This document shows, in pieces, positions 41,242 to 51,170 of a stretch of DNA of 64,000 nucleotides. Location: positions 23,441 to 87,440 of the forward strand of contig JAPLDX010000106.1 in assembly GCA_026391215.1 (NCBI GenBank). Direction: 5' to 3'. The notes beneath the pieces were generated by a model that searched no databases, was not told where the DNA came from, and saw nothing but the letters and a program-made list of their open reading frames with translations. A program made the position numbers and the translations under genes. This DNA comes from Bacteroidia bacterium (GTDB lineage Bacteria; Bacteroidota; Bacteroidia; Bacteroidales; VadinHA17). The stretch's first letter is position 1, and each line of letters begins with the position of its first letter.

Positions 41242-42423
41242 TTATTCAATTTTACGGTAATAGATAAGCCCTGTGTCCGGGAATAGTTCCGGATGCAGTA
41301 TTGCTGCAATATCCTTAAGTATCAGGTGAGGATTAATGATTCCGCTTTCCCAGTAATCATTGCCTCCTGATGGTGAGATCCTTTTATTATTATTATATAT
41401 GTTACCATCCCTGTAACAGGGTATAGATTCCAGCCTTAAATCAAGCGAAGATATTTCTTTCTTTGAGCTTACACTGCCTATATTAAGCCAGTAATCAGCT
41501 TTAAGCGCTCTTAAGAAAACATCTTCAATACTGTAAGGCATCGATACTGATGATTCTGTATTGTCCCATAGATAATTACCTCCTGCATCTTCAATGAACT
41601 TTCCTGCATAGGAGTTGCCAGGAGAAATAAACCATGTATCCCGGAAAGGGAGCCCCAGAAGCACCTCCGGCCTCTCTTTACTGTTCTGACTGACATAAGC
41701 TTTTGTACGGTTATACGATTCAGATACGGAGTTAAATATTGAATCCGCCATTTTTTCTTTGCAAAATAGAGCACCGAACAGCTTTATCCATTCAGCTTTT
41801 CCCAGCGGATCTGTTTCAAGATAGTCAGCATTGAACATAACCTTAATACCCAGCTCCTTAATTTTACCTGTATAACCAGCCGATTCACTGCCAATCCCGT
41901 AAATCATAATCAGGTCTGGAGATAGGCTTATAATCAATTCATTATTCATCCCGGACTCATATCCTACATCATATATCAGGCCTTCCTTTATTCTTTGAGA
42001 TATTCTTGTATCATATATTAAATCTGTCCCGGAAACACCAGCAATAGCCTCTTCTTCGCCCAGGGCAGCCACCATGGCAAGGTGAGTTGTTGACATGCAG
42101 ATTATCTTCTTCAGAGGAACATAAACAACGGAAGACACATCCTTTATCACCAATTTTTTTTCATCTCTGTTAATGAGGTAATAAATCTGCTTTATTTTAT
42201 TGGCTCCCTGCCACGGATCAGTTATAGTAAGAATTGTACAGGTGTCAGTTTTTTCAAGTGAGAATCGTTGCGCTCGTGTGACTACGGCCCCTGGGCCCGG
42301 TAAATCAGAATTCGTCCTGGTACCATCACCTGACGTACATGAGGCAGCTATGGCTGCGATGACAAAAAGCATCCGGCAAAATTCAGATAAATGGCGACAG
42401 GTTATTTCTGGAACAATCATCAT
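41242..42423 (-). CDS. btuF: Cobalamin ABC substrate-binding protein
   Basis: STTH, DYLETDPLGKAEWIK, NDYWESG, ILHPEL; ATGA overlap with the btuG stop. Confidence 0.85.
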   Translation of the reverse strand: MMIVPEITCRHLSEFCRMLFVIAAIAASCTSGDGTRTNSDLPGPGAVVTRAQRFSLEKTDTCTILTITDPWQGANKIKQIYYLINRDEKKLVIKDVSSVVYVPLKKIICMSTTHLAMVAALGEEEAIAGVSGTDLIYDTRISQRIKEGLIYDVGYESGMNNELIISLSPDLIMIYGIGSESAGYTGKIKELGIKVMFNADYLETDPLGKAEWIKLFGALFCKEKMADSIFNSVSESYNRTKAYVSQNSKERPEVLLGLPFRDTWFISPGNSYAGKFIEDAGGNYLWDNTESSVSMPYSIEDVFLRALKADYWLNIGSVSSKKEISSLDLRLESIPCYRDGNIYNNNKRISPSGGNDYWESGIINPHLILKDIAAILHPELFPDTGLIYYRKIE

Positions 42424-43484
42424 TCTGTATTTGAAGGGGATTGAACTTTGAAGCACATTGAACCCGGAATGATACCTGCCTTATATCCTGCAACAGAATC
42501 ACCTTTATTACTATACCTGATTACAAATCCATTCTGCTGATAATCAACAGCATCAGTGACAAAGATATCTCCATTAACCGGATTGATACCCAGCTTATAA
42601 AACATATGGCCTTTTTCCGTGATGAAAGATACTTCCGGTACTCCGGCCGCGTCAATGTCCATCCGCTTCACACCTTTTTCCAGAAAGAATAATGTATCTC
42701 CGTCCCCATTAATACTCAGGCATGATGGAGAATCAAGTTTGGAAGGAAAAACCAGCTTCTTCGTTATTTCATGTGTTTGTGTGTTTATTCCTATCAGCTC
42801 GGCATAATTCTCTCTCATCCATCCTCCGTTGCAAAGTACCCACAGAATATATTTTTTGTCTATTGCCATGCTTTCAGGTTCTTTCCCGACTTCAACGGAA
42901 TCAATCATTTTATCCAGGTCTGTGTTGACAACTACCACCTCATTGCCACCGTTCCAGTTTGAAATGAACGCTTTCTTGCCGGTCAGTACAATAGATTCAG
43001 AAGTCCTGCGAATATTAACATAACCTGAAATTGTGTTATTCTTCAGATTAATAATTGTAAGAGAATCTGAATAAAGACTTGTAATATAAGCCTTACTGTT
43101 ATCGATAACAACTACATTTCGTGGTGACTTGAGTCCTGTTATTGTTGCTTGAGATTTCAGGGAATTCCTCTTTACTACCTCTATTTTCCCTGAATTATTA
43201 ACAACAATATATGCGTAATCGCCATTAATTGTCATTGAATTAGGGACATCTCCAAGCGGTCTGGCGTTCATTTTTTGAAAAATGTCATTGAATATTATGG
43301 ATGAATCATACGAGAAATACGATATGGAACCGTTTCCCCACGTATAGTTGCCTTCATTTATAATAAAGACTCCATTACCAGCAAGGAAAGACTCTTCCGG
43401 ATCCAGAGTGCCAGGATCTTCAGGTTTCGTACATGAACATGCAATCAGTACAGGCAGAATTAAGAAAAATAATCGTTTCATCAA
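42420..43484 (-). CDS. btuG: BtuG-like surface lipoprotein (beta-propeller, cobalamin capture)
   Basis: Lipobox; FIINEGNY, LGDVPNSM, VVNNSGKI, SPR, DAVDYQQNG, GIIPG; directly after btuB. Confidence 0.85.
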   Translation of the reverse strand: MMKRLFFLILPVLIACSCTKPEDPGTLDPEESFLAGNGVFIINEGNYTWGNGSISYFSYDSSIIFNDIFQKMNARPLGDVPNSMTINGDYAYIVVNNSGKIEVVKRNSLKSQATITGLKSPRNVVVIDNSKAYITSLYSDSLTIINLKNNTISGYVNIRRTSESIVLTGKKAFISNWNGGNEVVVVNTDLDKMIDSVEVGKEPESMAIDKKYILWVLCNGGWMRENYAELIGINTQTHEITKKLVFPSKLDSPSCLSINGDGDTLFFLEKGVKRMDIDAAGVPEVSFITEKGHMFYKLGINPVNGDIFVTDAVDYQQNGFVIRYSNKGDSVAGYKAGIIPGSMCFKVQSPSNTE

Positions 43485-45430
43485 TTGGACTCGTTAATGA
43501 ACTTATATAAAAGTGAAATATGATATGACCTTCCCGGTTGAGGATAATGAGCTATCGCCTGATAGCTTAAATTAAATACATTTTCAATCCGGAAATTTAC
43601 ATCAAACGAATGCTTCTTATACGGTATTTTAATCCCGGCAATGAAATTACTTACAGTATACCCCGGGAGATGCCGCGAATTATCTACAACTATATATCTA
43701 CGCCCTGTGAAAATCGTAGTCCAGACAGAATAAATGTTCTTGTACCTGGTAGATAATGATCCATTAGCCTGGTTCTCAGGAATATATATCAGCTGGTTCA
43801 TTATCTTTTCTTCAGTGCCGGCTTCTGCAGAAACTGACCTTGTAAAAGAATATCCTGCATTCAGATTAATTGAAAGCTCATTAAGCGAATACGCAGCTGA
43901 AAATGAAGACTCAAATCCTGTTGAATTGACCCTGCTCAGATTATCAGCAACCCAGTATGTATATTCACCAGGATGCCATTGTATCATGTCCCTTATAAGG
44001 TTTCTGAAGAAGCCCAGCTCAGAGCTTATTGAGATCGCCGGAGATAGTCTCTGGTTCATTTTATAGCCCAGATCGTATAGAAACGCATATTCGTTCTTAA
44101 GCTGCTCATTGCCACCGGGAAACCAGTAGCGGTCATTCATGGAAGGTACTCGGGATGTACGTGAAAATCCGGATCTAAGGAAATGATCCTCATCCGCAAA
44201 CAATCTGAATTCTGCACCTGCAGAAAAATCAGGGATAAGTAACACTGTATTATCCAGAGTTTCCCTTATCATAATGGTTGATCCGAAACGATTCCTGGAT
44301 TTTTTATCAGCAATAACAGTAATGGATGCTGTGTTTCTTGAAACATTGTTTTCGTAATTATTTGATTGAATGACATTTAGCTCATTATTTATGAAGATTC
44401 TCAGTTTAGTACTATTTAATATCCTTGTTTCAATACCGCCCTTAAGAGTGAATGAATTGGAAACATTTTTTGATTCAATTGATGCAAGAGGGTTGGAATA
44501 ATCAAGCCTGTCATGCATCCATGCTCCGGTAACGAAATAATCAGTTTTTCCTCTTTCAGATTTAAAGCTGAATATGCTTCTTATTGATTCATCAACCTGT
44601 TCCTCACCTTGAGTTCCTGATTGTATCAGCATTGATCCGGGAAGATTTCTGTCGGTTGACTGGTACCATATCCGGGCAGAAAAATCATTATCCTGCTTCC
44701 TCAGATAAAACTCCTGCAAGAAATCTTTCCGCGACAACTGGCTGTTCTCTCTTTTTTCCAGGACAGGTTCTGAGCTGATTTCAGTATTCAGATAGGGAAA
44801 ATCATTTTCGGTATAATTCACATGAGCTTTTGTAACTGACTGGAAATTGTCATTTCCTGTTTTTACACCTGCAAGCAGAACATACCTGCTAAAGCTTCCA
44901 ACGTCCGGATTGACCATAACACTAGTCCTGTTGCTCCAGTCAGGATTGTTTTCAAGGCTTATTATTCCGCCGATACCCCCGTTTCCGGTTTCCATCGAGG
45001 CCCCTCCCAGACTTATCCGGACGTCATCAATCAATCCTGATGTTATCAGCGAGAAATCGGTTTGTCCCAGCATCGGATTATTAATATTGATCCCATTCCA
45101 TGAGACCTGAGTATGTGAAGCACCTGTGCCGCGTAGAGAAGAAGTCGAGGAACCGCCTGATCCATAACTTTTTATAAAAACCTGGGAACTTAAAGCAAGC
45201 AGTTCGGCCAGTGAAATATTAGTGTAATTTTTAAGAAGTGTTGTATCAATGCTGATTTTCCTGAAACCGGGAAGATCTGAGCTTATCTGCTTTCTGCTGA
45301 TTATTACTTCCTTTATTCTTATTGTATCCTCACTTAATGAATTTTGTCCCTGCAGAGGAATATAGATAAAGAACACACCACAAAGCAGTATATGTCTGAG
45401 TATTGTTCCGGAAGCTTTCCTTTTTATCAT
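43481..45430 (-). CDS. btuB: TonB-dependent cobalamin receptor
   Basis: Plug SLRGTGASHTQVSWNG, ENVFN and PQPGRSY C-terminus; first gene after the cobalamin riboswitch. Confidence 0.85.
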   Translation of the reverse strand: MIKRKASGTILRHILLCGVFFIYIPLQGQNSLSEDTIRIKEVIISRKQISSDLPGFRKISIDTTLLKNYTNISLAELLALSSQVFIKSYGSGGSSTSSLRGTGASHTQVSWNGININNPMLGQTDFSLITSGLIDDVRISLGGASMETGNGGIGGIISLENNPDWSNRTSVMVNPDVGSFSRYVLLAGVKTGNDNFQSVTKAHVNYTENDFPYLNTEISSEPVLEKRENSQLSRKDFLQEFYLRKQDNDFSARIWYQSTDRNLPGSMLIQSGTQGEEQVDESIRSIFSFKSERGKTDYFVTGAWMHDRLDYSNPLASIESKNVSNSFTLKGGIETRILNSTKLRIFINNELNVIQSNNYENNVSRNTASITVIADKKSRNRFGSTIMIRETLDNTVLLIPDFSAGAEFRLFADEDHFLRSGFSRTSRVPSMNDRYWFPGGNEQLKNEYAFLYDLGYKMNQRLSPAISISSELGFFRNLIRDMIQWHPGEYTYWVADNLSRVNSTGFESSFSAAYSLNELSINLNAGYSFTRSVSAEAGTEEKIMNQLIYIPENQANGSLSTRYKNIYSVWTTIFTGRRYIVVDNSRHLPGYTVSNFIAGIKIPYKKHSFDVNFRIENVFNLSYQAIAHYPQPGRSYHISLLYKFINESN

Positions 45431-45539
45431 TCCGTTCCTTCGTTTTAATAGTGACCTATATCCGGGGATTTCAGAAGGATAAGAATGGAATCATTTGAGA
45501 CTCTGAGCCTTACTTCCCGAAAGCCTTGAACATAGTTTG

Positions 45540-45726
45540 TCTGGCAGGTCTTCTGACTTGTCCCGGTCTTATGAAGCCTTCCCATCCCGTTATACCGGAA
45601 CAGTGGCAGGTTATCATAAAACCATCATCGTTAGAACGATCGGGCATCACAGCAGCGGGTACTGTCGCGGATTCACACCGCATTCCCTTTTCATTGCAAT
45701 GATTTTATTTCATTGCAACACCAATA
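45540..45726 (-). promoter_or_regulatory. Cobalamin (AdoCbl) riboswitch
   Basis: On the - strand: AAAAGGGAATGCGGTGTGAATCCGCGACAGTACCCGCTGCTGTG ... GCCACTG ... GGGAAGGC ... AAGTCAGAAGACCTGCC (B12 box). TATCTTTG promoter at 45732-45739. Confidence 0.93.
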
Positions 45727-45800
45727 CGAAACAAAGATAAATTATTTTTGATGTAAATAACTGTTAATAAACGACTGAGATATTAACAGAATAAAAAATA

Positions 45801-47999
45801 TTAGTCAGGGATCAGGTCTTTCCTGATCTTTATAATTATGGTTTTATGTTCACCTTTCGCGAGATCAAAAAACGAAATATTTGAAAGTATCCTGTCACCT
45901 ATCCTGTTACCGGTTACCACCATATAATGTCCTGGTGTCAACGGCAACTCTTTTTTAAAAGTATTTATGCGCTTATTGTACTCATATTCAAGAGTATTGT
46001 AGCGTCCGTTCTCAAAACGAGCAATGGTAAAATGAGTATAGTATTCCGGGACAGGATTGACGTCAGGTGATGTGAATTTCAGAAATCCCTTTTCAGATGA
46101 AGGATGTTTCTGATCGGCAAAATAGACATCGGTCCATTCAGAATTCTTATAGAATTGTGGCACCATGCTTCCAGGTTCAAGCCTGGCCGGTATTCCCAGG
46201 GTTCTGCAAACAGCAACAAAAAAGATAGATCTTGACCTGGAATCCGAGACTCTCAGCTCATTTGCACCTATCGGAGTTAAAGGCGTTTTTGAATAATTCT
46301 CACTGTCTGCAATTATTATATTCTTTTCCAGCCATTCAGTGATCAGGGCAGGAGAATCAGATGCATTGATTTTCAGCTCCTCAGGAAGGTTCTTTAAGAA
46401 ATAACTTCGCCAGGAGACAAGAATTTCATTTGAAATACGAGGATTAAGAACATACTGAATGAACAATGAATCATCCATATCTTCAATATCGGTGCAGAAT
46501 GGTACAGAGTACATAAGATGATCTGTCAGGATGTTCTCCCTGGTGTCTCTGAGGTCTTTTTCTGCAATAACTTCAAGGAGTGAGATAGCTATCTTTTTCA
46601 AAGTATCAGGAGTATAATTCAGAAAATTAATAATGCTTCTGTAATTACCCATACTCCTGTCAATTATCTTCGTAATCTTTGTACTGTCATTCCCAAACTG
46701 ACTGGCAAAGATCTTTGCTTCATCAGGTTTGATCCAGAAATTAATATATTTCTGTCTGATGGCGTTTTCTGCATCAAGCCTTAAAGAGTTAGCTTCTGAG
46801 AGTTCGGAAGATGGTCCTGGTAACGGTTTGGGTGCCAGCGGTACTTCAAGATCAAGATCAATGCTCAGAGGGGCATTATGACTCCGTAAAGTCAATATTA
46901 ATGTATCAGTCCCTGCAACCGAAATTTTCCTGAAATCAAAATCATCATCCTTCCTGGCCCATACCAGAAGATCTCCAAGTCCTGTCATAAATCCGCTTAT
47001 TCCGTTATTTTCTGACATTACTGAAGCCAGGGGGTAGAATTCGGCATAATTATAAAGTTGGAACTCTACCGTTGCATCTTTAACAGGATTGCCCAGGGAA
47101 TCAACAGTTTTTACGTAAATCTGTTTCGTTACAGCATATTTCGGGAGATTGTTTATCTCAGCATATTTTTCATGACTGTTAATAATAATTTCATTGCCGT
47201 TATAGGCACCGAAAGCTTTTGTATGAACGAGCATTGCACGACGTGCCGGTTCAGAAAACCATCCGCGATCGATAACCGGTTCTGGTTCACAGGCGCCCAT
47301 ATAATACCACTCTCCGTTGTTCCATATCTCAACCCAGGCATGATTATCGTCACTGTGAGCCCATCTTGGAGTATAAACCTGTCGGGCTGGTATTCCCGCG
47401 GTCCTAAGGGCAGCAACGGTGAATGTTGACTCCTCCCCGCATCTTCCCCTTGCCGACAGGATGGTGCTCATAGGCGCTGATGTTCTTGAATCGGATGGCT
47501 GATATGTGACTTTTTCGTGGCACCAGTGATTTATCTCGAGAGCTGCCTCAATTATATCCTTTTCCTTGATCCTATTCATAATCTCATCATAATAGATGAT
47601 CCTGAATGAATCAAGGTTCTCATTGTTTACCCTTACAGGTAAAACATAATGAAGAAAAACATCTTCAGGAATTATTTTCCCCCAGGGAGTTTCCTCCCTG
47701 GTTCTGAGCGACATATCAACATTTGCAAGAAAGAACTCACCAGTACAATCAGCCAGATCATTTAACGGCATATAGGCATAAAGGAATTTCAAGGCTTCTG
47801 TTTGCCTTAACGAAAGATTATTTTCAAATACTGAAAATATATGCTCATTCCTATTCTGCGCAAGGTTTTCAGCTTGAGAAAAAGAAACATAAACTTTATC
47901 CCTGTAATCCTTATTTTTAATAAGATGGTCAGTGGTGCAACCGGAAGCCGTGATTAAGATAATATTAATCAGAGCACAGTATCTGTATTTCATAATCAA
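45801..47999 (-). CDS. Transglutaminase-like domain lipoprotein
   Basis: Lipobox TASGC; GRCGEES (Cys), NHAWVE (His); second degenerate repeat (VAVCRTLGIPAR). Confidence 0.85.
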   Translation of the reverse strand: MIMKYRYCALINIILITASGCTTDHLIKNKDYRDKVYVSFSQAENLAQNRNEHIFSVFENNLSLRQTEALKFLYAYMPLNDLADCTGEFFLANVDMSLRTREETPWGKIIPEDVFLHYVLPVRVNNENLDSFRIIYYDEIMNRIKEKDIIEAALEINHWCHEKVTYQPSDSRTSAPMSTILSARGRCGEESTFTVAALRTAGIPARQVYTPRWAHSDDNHAWVEIWNNGEWYYMGACEPEPVIDRGWFSEPARRAMLVHTKAFGAYNGNEIIINSHEKYAEINNLPKYAVTKQIYVKTVDSLGNPVKDATVEFQLYNYAEFYPLASVMSENNGISGFMTGLGDLLVWARKDDDFDFRKISVAGTDTLILTLRSHNAPLSIDLDLEVPLAPKPLPGPSSELSEANSLRLDAENAIRQKYINFWIKPDEAKIFASQFGNDSTKITKIIDRSMGNYRSIINFLNYTPDTLKKIAISLLEVIAEKDLRDTRENILTDHLMYSVPFCTDIEDMDDSLFIQYVLNPRISNEILVSWRSYFLKNLPEELKINASDSPALITEWLEKNIIIADSENYSKTPLTPIGANELRVSDSRSRSIFFVAVCRTLGIPARLEPGSMVPQFYKNSEWTDVYFADQKHPSSEKGFLKFTSPDVNPVPEYYTHFTIARFENGRYNTLEYEYNKRINTFKKELPLTPGHYMVVTGNRIGDRILSNISFFDLAKGEHKTIIIKIRKDLIPD

Positions 48000-48005
48000 A
48001 TATTT

Positions 48006-49040
48006 CTAAAGAGTTCCGCAGGAATTCCTGACAATCAGCTCCGGTGTTATATTTACCTGCCGCTTGAATTTACCTTTCCCTGAATTCCTGACTTCCGACC
48101 AGATCATGTTTGCAACTTTGATCGCTATTCCCGGAAGGGGTTTTCTTAGGCAGGTCAAGGGTGAAAACATAAGATCAAAGCCGGCACCTTCTTCCATGGA
48201 TATGACTGCAATGTCCTGGGGAACACGCAGCTTCTTTTTACGCAATATTGCCATCAATGGGTAGACCAAGAATGAATTCATTACAATAATGACATCAGCC
48301 CTATAGGGCGGGCGTAGAAATTTATCAAGCTGTGAAAAATCAATATCGCTATCAGAAGCTGAATTATCAAACTCCAGCAGCACAGGTTTATTAATAGTTT
48401 CTATCTTGCTGAATGCGTCTTCTATCTCATTCAGATTATTCCGGTCAGCCTTGATGGATTTTCTGTCTGCGGCAATTACTATATTATGATAACCAAGTTT
48501 TGCTATATGGTTTGTAACGAGCCTTGCTCCTGCTGAATAATCGGTGCATACAGTATTGAGGCGCAAAGTCTTTGGTAATTTTTCAAGCAGTATAAACGGA
48601 TAATCTGTAGAGCGCAGGTTACGTATTGTGGTATCATCAGCAGCATCTCCTACCAGGATCATGCCGCTGAAGAATTTTTTGAAAGCTCCGGTAAGCCTGT
48701 CAAATCTCTGATCATCAGGATCCCTGGTTATTATAGAGAATCCTACACCAATGCTGGCGAATGCTTTTTGCAGATAGGGAGTTATTCCTGCAACAAAAGG
48801 ATCTCCAAGTGAGGGTACTATCATACCTATCACACCGGGTTTTTCATCAACAGACGACAATTCATTTTTTTCATCAAGTGAAGTGAAATAGCCCATCTGC
48901 TTTGCCAGTGCAAGTACCCTTTCCTGGGTATCTTTTCTTATGCCGTGTTGGTCGGCCTTATTATTCAGTACTAATGAAACGAGAGTGCCAGAGACACCTA
49001 ATTTAGCTGCTAAATCTTTGTTTTTAAACTTTTTACCCAT
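48006..49040 (-). CDS. LacI-family transcriptional regulator
   Basis: KDLAAKLGVSGTLVSLVLN HTH; RVPQDIAVI; ELIVRNSC. Start MGKKFK lies downstream of a TAAATTTG promoter (49091-49098, -). Confidence 0.88.
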   Translation of the reverse strand: MGKKFKNKDLAAKLGVSGTLVSLVLNNKADQHGIRKDTQERVLALAKQMGYFTSLDEKNELSSVDEKPGVIGMIVPSLGDPFVAGITPYLQKAFASIGVGFSIITRDPDDQRFDRLTGAFKKFFSGMILVGDAADDTTIRNLRSTDYPFILLEKLPKTLRLNTVCTDYSAGARLVTNHIAKLGYHNIVIAADRKSIKADRNNLNEIEDAFSKIETINKPVLLEFDNSASDSDIDFSQLDKFLRPPYRADVIIVMNSFLVYPLMAILRKKKLRVPQDIAVISMEEGAGFDLMFSPLTCLRKPLPGIAIKVANMIWSEVRNSGKGKFKRQVNITPELIVRNSCGTL

Positions 49041-49110
49041 TGTCCCGAAGTATGAGGAACTAAATTTAGAAGTTTTTTCTAATGTTGTCACAAATTTAAT
49101 ATTTTTTAAC

Positions 49111-49141
49111 AAAAAAGCTGCCCGGAACATTACCTGGCAGC
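49111..49141 (-). terminator. Intrinsic terminator after yidC
   Basis: gctgcc...ggcagc stem with A6 on + (U-tail on -). Confidence 0.65.
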
Positions 49142-49168
49142 CTTCACTGTATCTGAAATAATCAATAA

Positions 49169-51136
49169 TTATCTTTTCGGCGGAGTTACGCCTCTTTGCT
49201 TTGCTGCTGCTTCAAGCCTCTGCTGCCATTTTGATTTTTTGACCGGCTTTTTGCGGTTCTCTTCAATAGCAGCCAGAACTTTGTCCTTATCAATAAAACG
49301 CTTGGTAATCATGTTCTGTCCCCAGGTAAGCATATTAGCCAGGAAATAATAATATGTCAGACCTGCTGGAAAATTATTCATCATAACCAGGAACATCACA
49401 GGCATCATGTACATCATTACCTTCATTCCCGGCTGATCCTGTCCTGCTTGCTGACCTGACATCTTTGTTGTGATCACGGATGAAATTGTCATAAGAATCG
49501 TGAAGAGGCTGACATGACTACCATACATCGGTATGTTAAACGGCAGATTCAGGATTGAATCATATGTTGAAAGATCCGTAGCCCAGAGAAATGGTTCCTG
49601 TCTTAATTCGATTGATACAGGGAAAAACCTGAACATTGCAAACAGGATTGGAAACTGCAGAAGCATCGGCAGGCATCCTCCCATTGGATTTATTCCAGCT
49701 CTTTTATACAGATCCATGGTCGCCTGCTGTTTTTTCATGGCATCATCCTTGTTTGGATATTTCTTGCCAATCTCATCTACCATGGGTTTCAGTACCGCCA
49801 TTTTTGCCTGCGACTGGTAGGATTTGAATGTAAGAGGGAACAGGACTATTTTAATTAAAATGGTGAGGATCAGAATTATGAGTCCATAATTGCTTATATA
49901 TCTTTCAAGCCAGTTAAATACAGGTATTATTACAAACCGGTTGATCCATCCTATAATGTTCTTGCCAAGGATTATTATCTTATCCAGATCCTGGCCTTCT
50001 TTTCTCAGTGTGGAAATGTGATTGGGGCCAAAGTACAGCCTCATTCCAAGATTTGTCTCCTCACCTGAATTAAAAGGAACACCTATTTCCGCAGTATAAT
50101 ACCTTATATATTTTTTTGATGTAAGGGTTTTGGTTGAGACCACGGATCCATTCAGGAAAAAATCATCGCTGATTATGATAGATGAAAAGAATTGATCAAC
50201 AAATGCAACCCAGCTTAATTTGGTTGTAAGATCCACCTCTTCAACCTCCTTGTTTGAGCTGAGCCTTAGTCCATCAACTTCATCCTGGTAGTATTTATAT
50301 TTAATTGTAGTATAGCGTTCCTCGTTCTGTCTTCCCTTTTCCTGCTGGGGAATGTACATCCGCCAGTCAAGGGTTATAGTGTTCTGATTGGCTGGTAAGA
50401 TTTCAGCCAGGTTTCTGAAGGTGACATCAAAGTCGAGGCTGTACTTTTCAGGTTCCAGGGTATATTTATATTCAATGTACCTGTCATCACCTGCCAGAAG
50501 CCTGAGGATCACGCTTAATGGCTGCGATTCAACCACGTAAAATCTTTCTTCCGAGACAGGCTTGAAATAAAGATCATTTGTCATAACAGCTTTATTGTCG
50601 GCAGTGAAAAAATTGAATCCGAAGTTTGTGGAATCACCTGAGAACAGAATCAAAGGCAGTGAATCGTGTGTGGTATATTCTTTAAGACGTGCTGAATAAA
50701 CCCTTCCTCCCTTCATAGAAATCTTTAATTCAATCTTATCATTTTCAAGAGTAATAAAGCCTCCTTCTCCGTTTGCTGCTTCAGAAAATTGTCCATACCG
50801 GCTACCATCGGTTGCGGTGGAAGCAGGAACAACGGGTCTGTTTTCTACTGCAACTGCTTTAACTTCTGTTGTATCTTTGACTGGTTCTGCAGGTACTATG
50901 CCGAGCTTAATATTAAGCTCATTAAGCTCTTCCAGCACAGCTGGATCATTTGGCTTGAATCTCAAAGCATTAACATATTCTGTCCTTGCGCGCTCCAGGT
51001 TACCCTTTGCGACTTCAGCTTCGGCAACCGCTACTGCCTTTTGATAGCCTTTTTTAAGCCGGGAGTTATTAAATATGCTTGCTCCAATGAAGATCGCAAT
51101 AATCAGAACAATTCCTATAATCGTATTCTTATCCAT
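49169..51136 (-). CDS. yidC: Membrane protein insertase YidC
   Basis: NYGLIILILTILIK, GINPMGGCLPMLLQFPI, LWATDLS, KKSKWQQRLE. Confidence 0.96.
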   Translation of the reverse strand: MDKNTIIGIVLIIAIFIGASIFNNSRLKKGYQKAVAVAEAEVAKGNLERARTEYVNALRFKPNDPAVLEELNELNIKLGIVPAEPVKDTTEVKAVAVENRPVVPASTATDGSRYGQFSEAANGEGGFITLENDKIELKISMKGGRVYSARLKEYTTHDSLPLILFSGDSTNFGFNFFTADNKAVMTNDLYFKPVSEERFYVVESQPLSVILRLLAGDDRYIEYKYTLEPEKYSLDFDVTFRNLAEILPANQNTITLDWRMYIPQQEKGRQNEERYTTIKYKYYQDEVDGLRLSSNKEVEEVDLTTKLSWVAFVDQFFSSIIISDDFFLNGSVVSTKTLTSKKYIRYYTAEIGVPFNSGEETNLGMRLYFGPNHISTLRKEGQDLDKIIILGKNIIGWINRFVIIPVFNWLERYISNYGLIILILTILIKIVLFPLTFKSYQSQAKMAVLKPMVDEIGKKYPNKDDAMKKQQATMDLYKRAGINPMGGCLPMLLQFPILFAMFRFFPVSIELRQEPFLWATDLSTYDSILNLPFNIPMYGSHVSLFTILMTISSVITTKMSGQQAGQDQPGMKVMMYMMPVMFLVMMNNFPAGLTYYYFLANMLTWGQNMITKRFIDKDKVLAAIEENRKKPVKKSKWQQRLEAAAKQRGVTPPKR

Positions 51137-51170
51137 TCTGCCATTTTTTTTATTTATCTGTAATTTCTCT

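Noticed and set aside
40647-41267. Long antisense ORFs (e.g. 206 aa opposite btuC, 169 aa opposite the MATE gene)
   Set aside because: Shadow ORFs of hydrophobic membrane-protein genes.
45537-45740. 67-aa ORF upstream of btuB
   Set aside because: Antisense to the cobalamin riboswitch; spurious.
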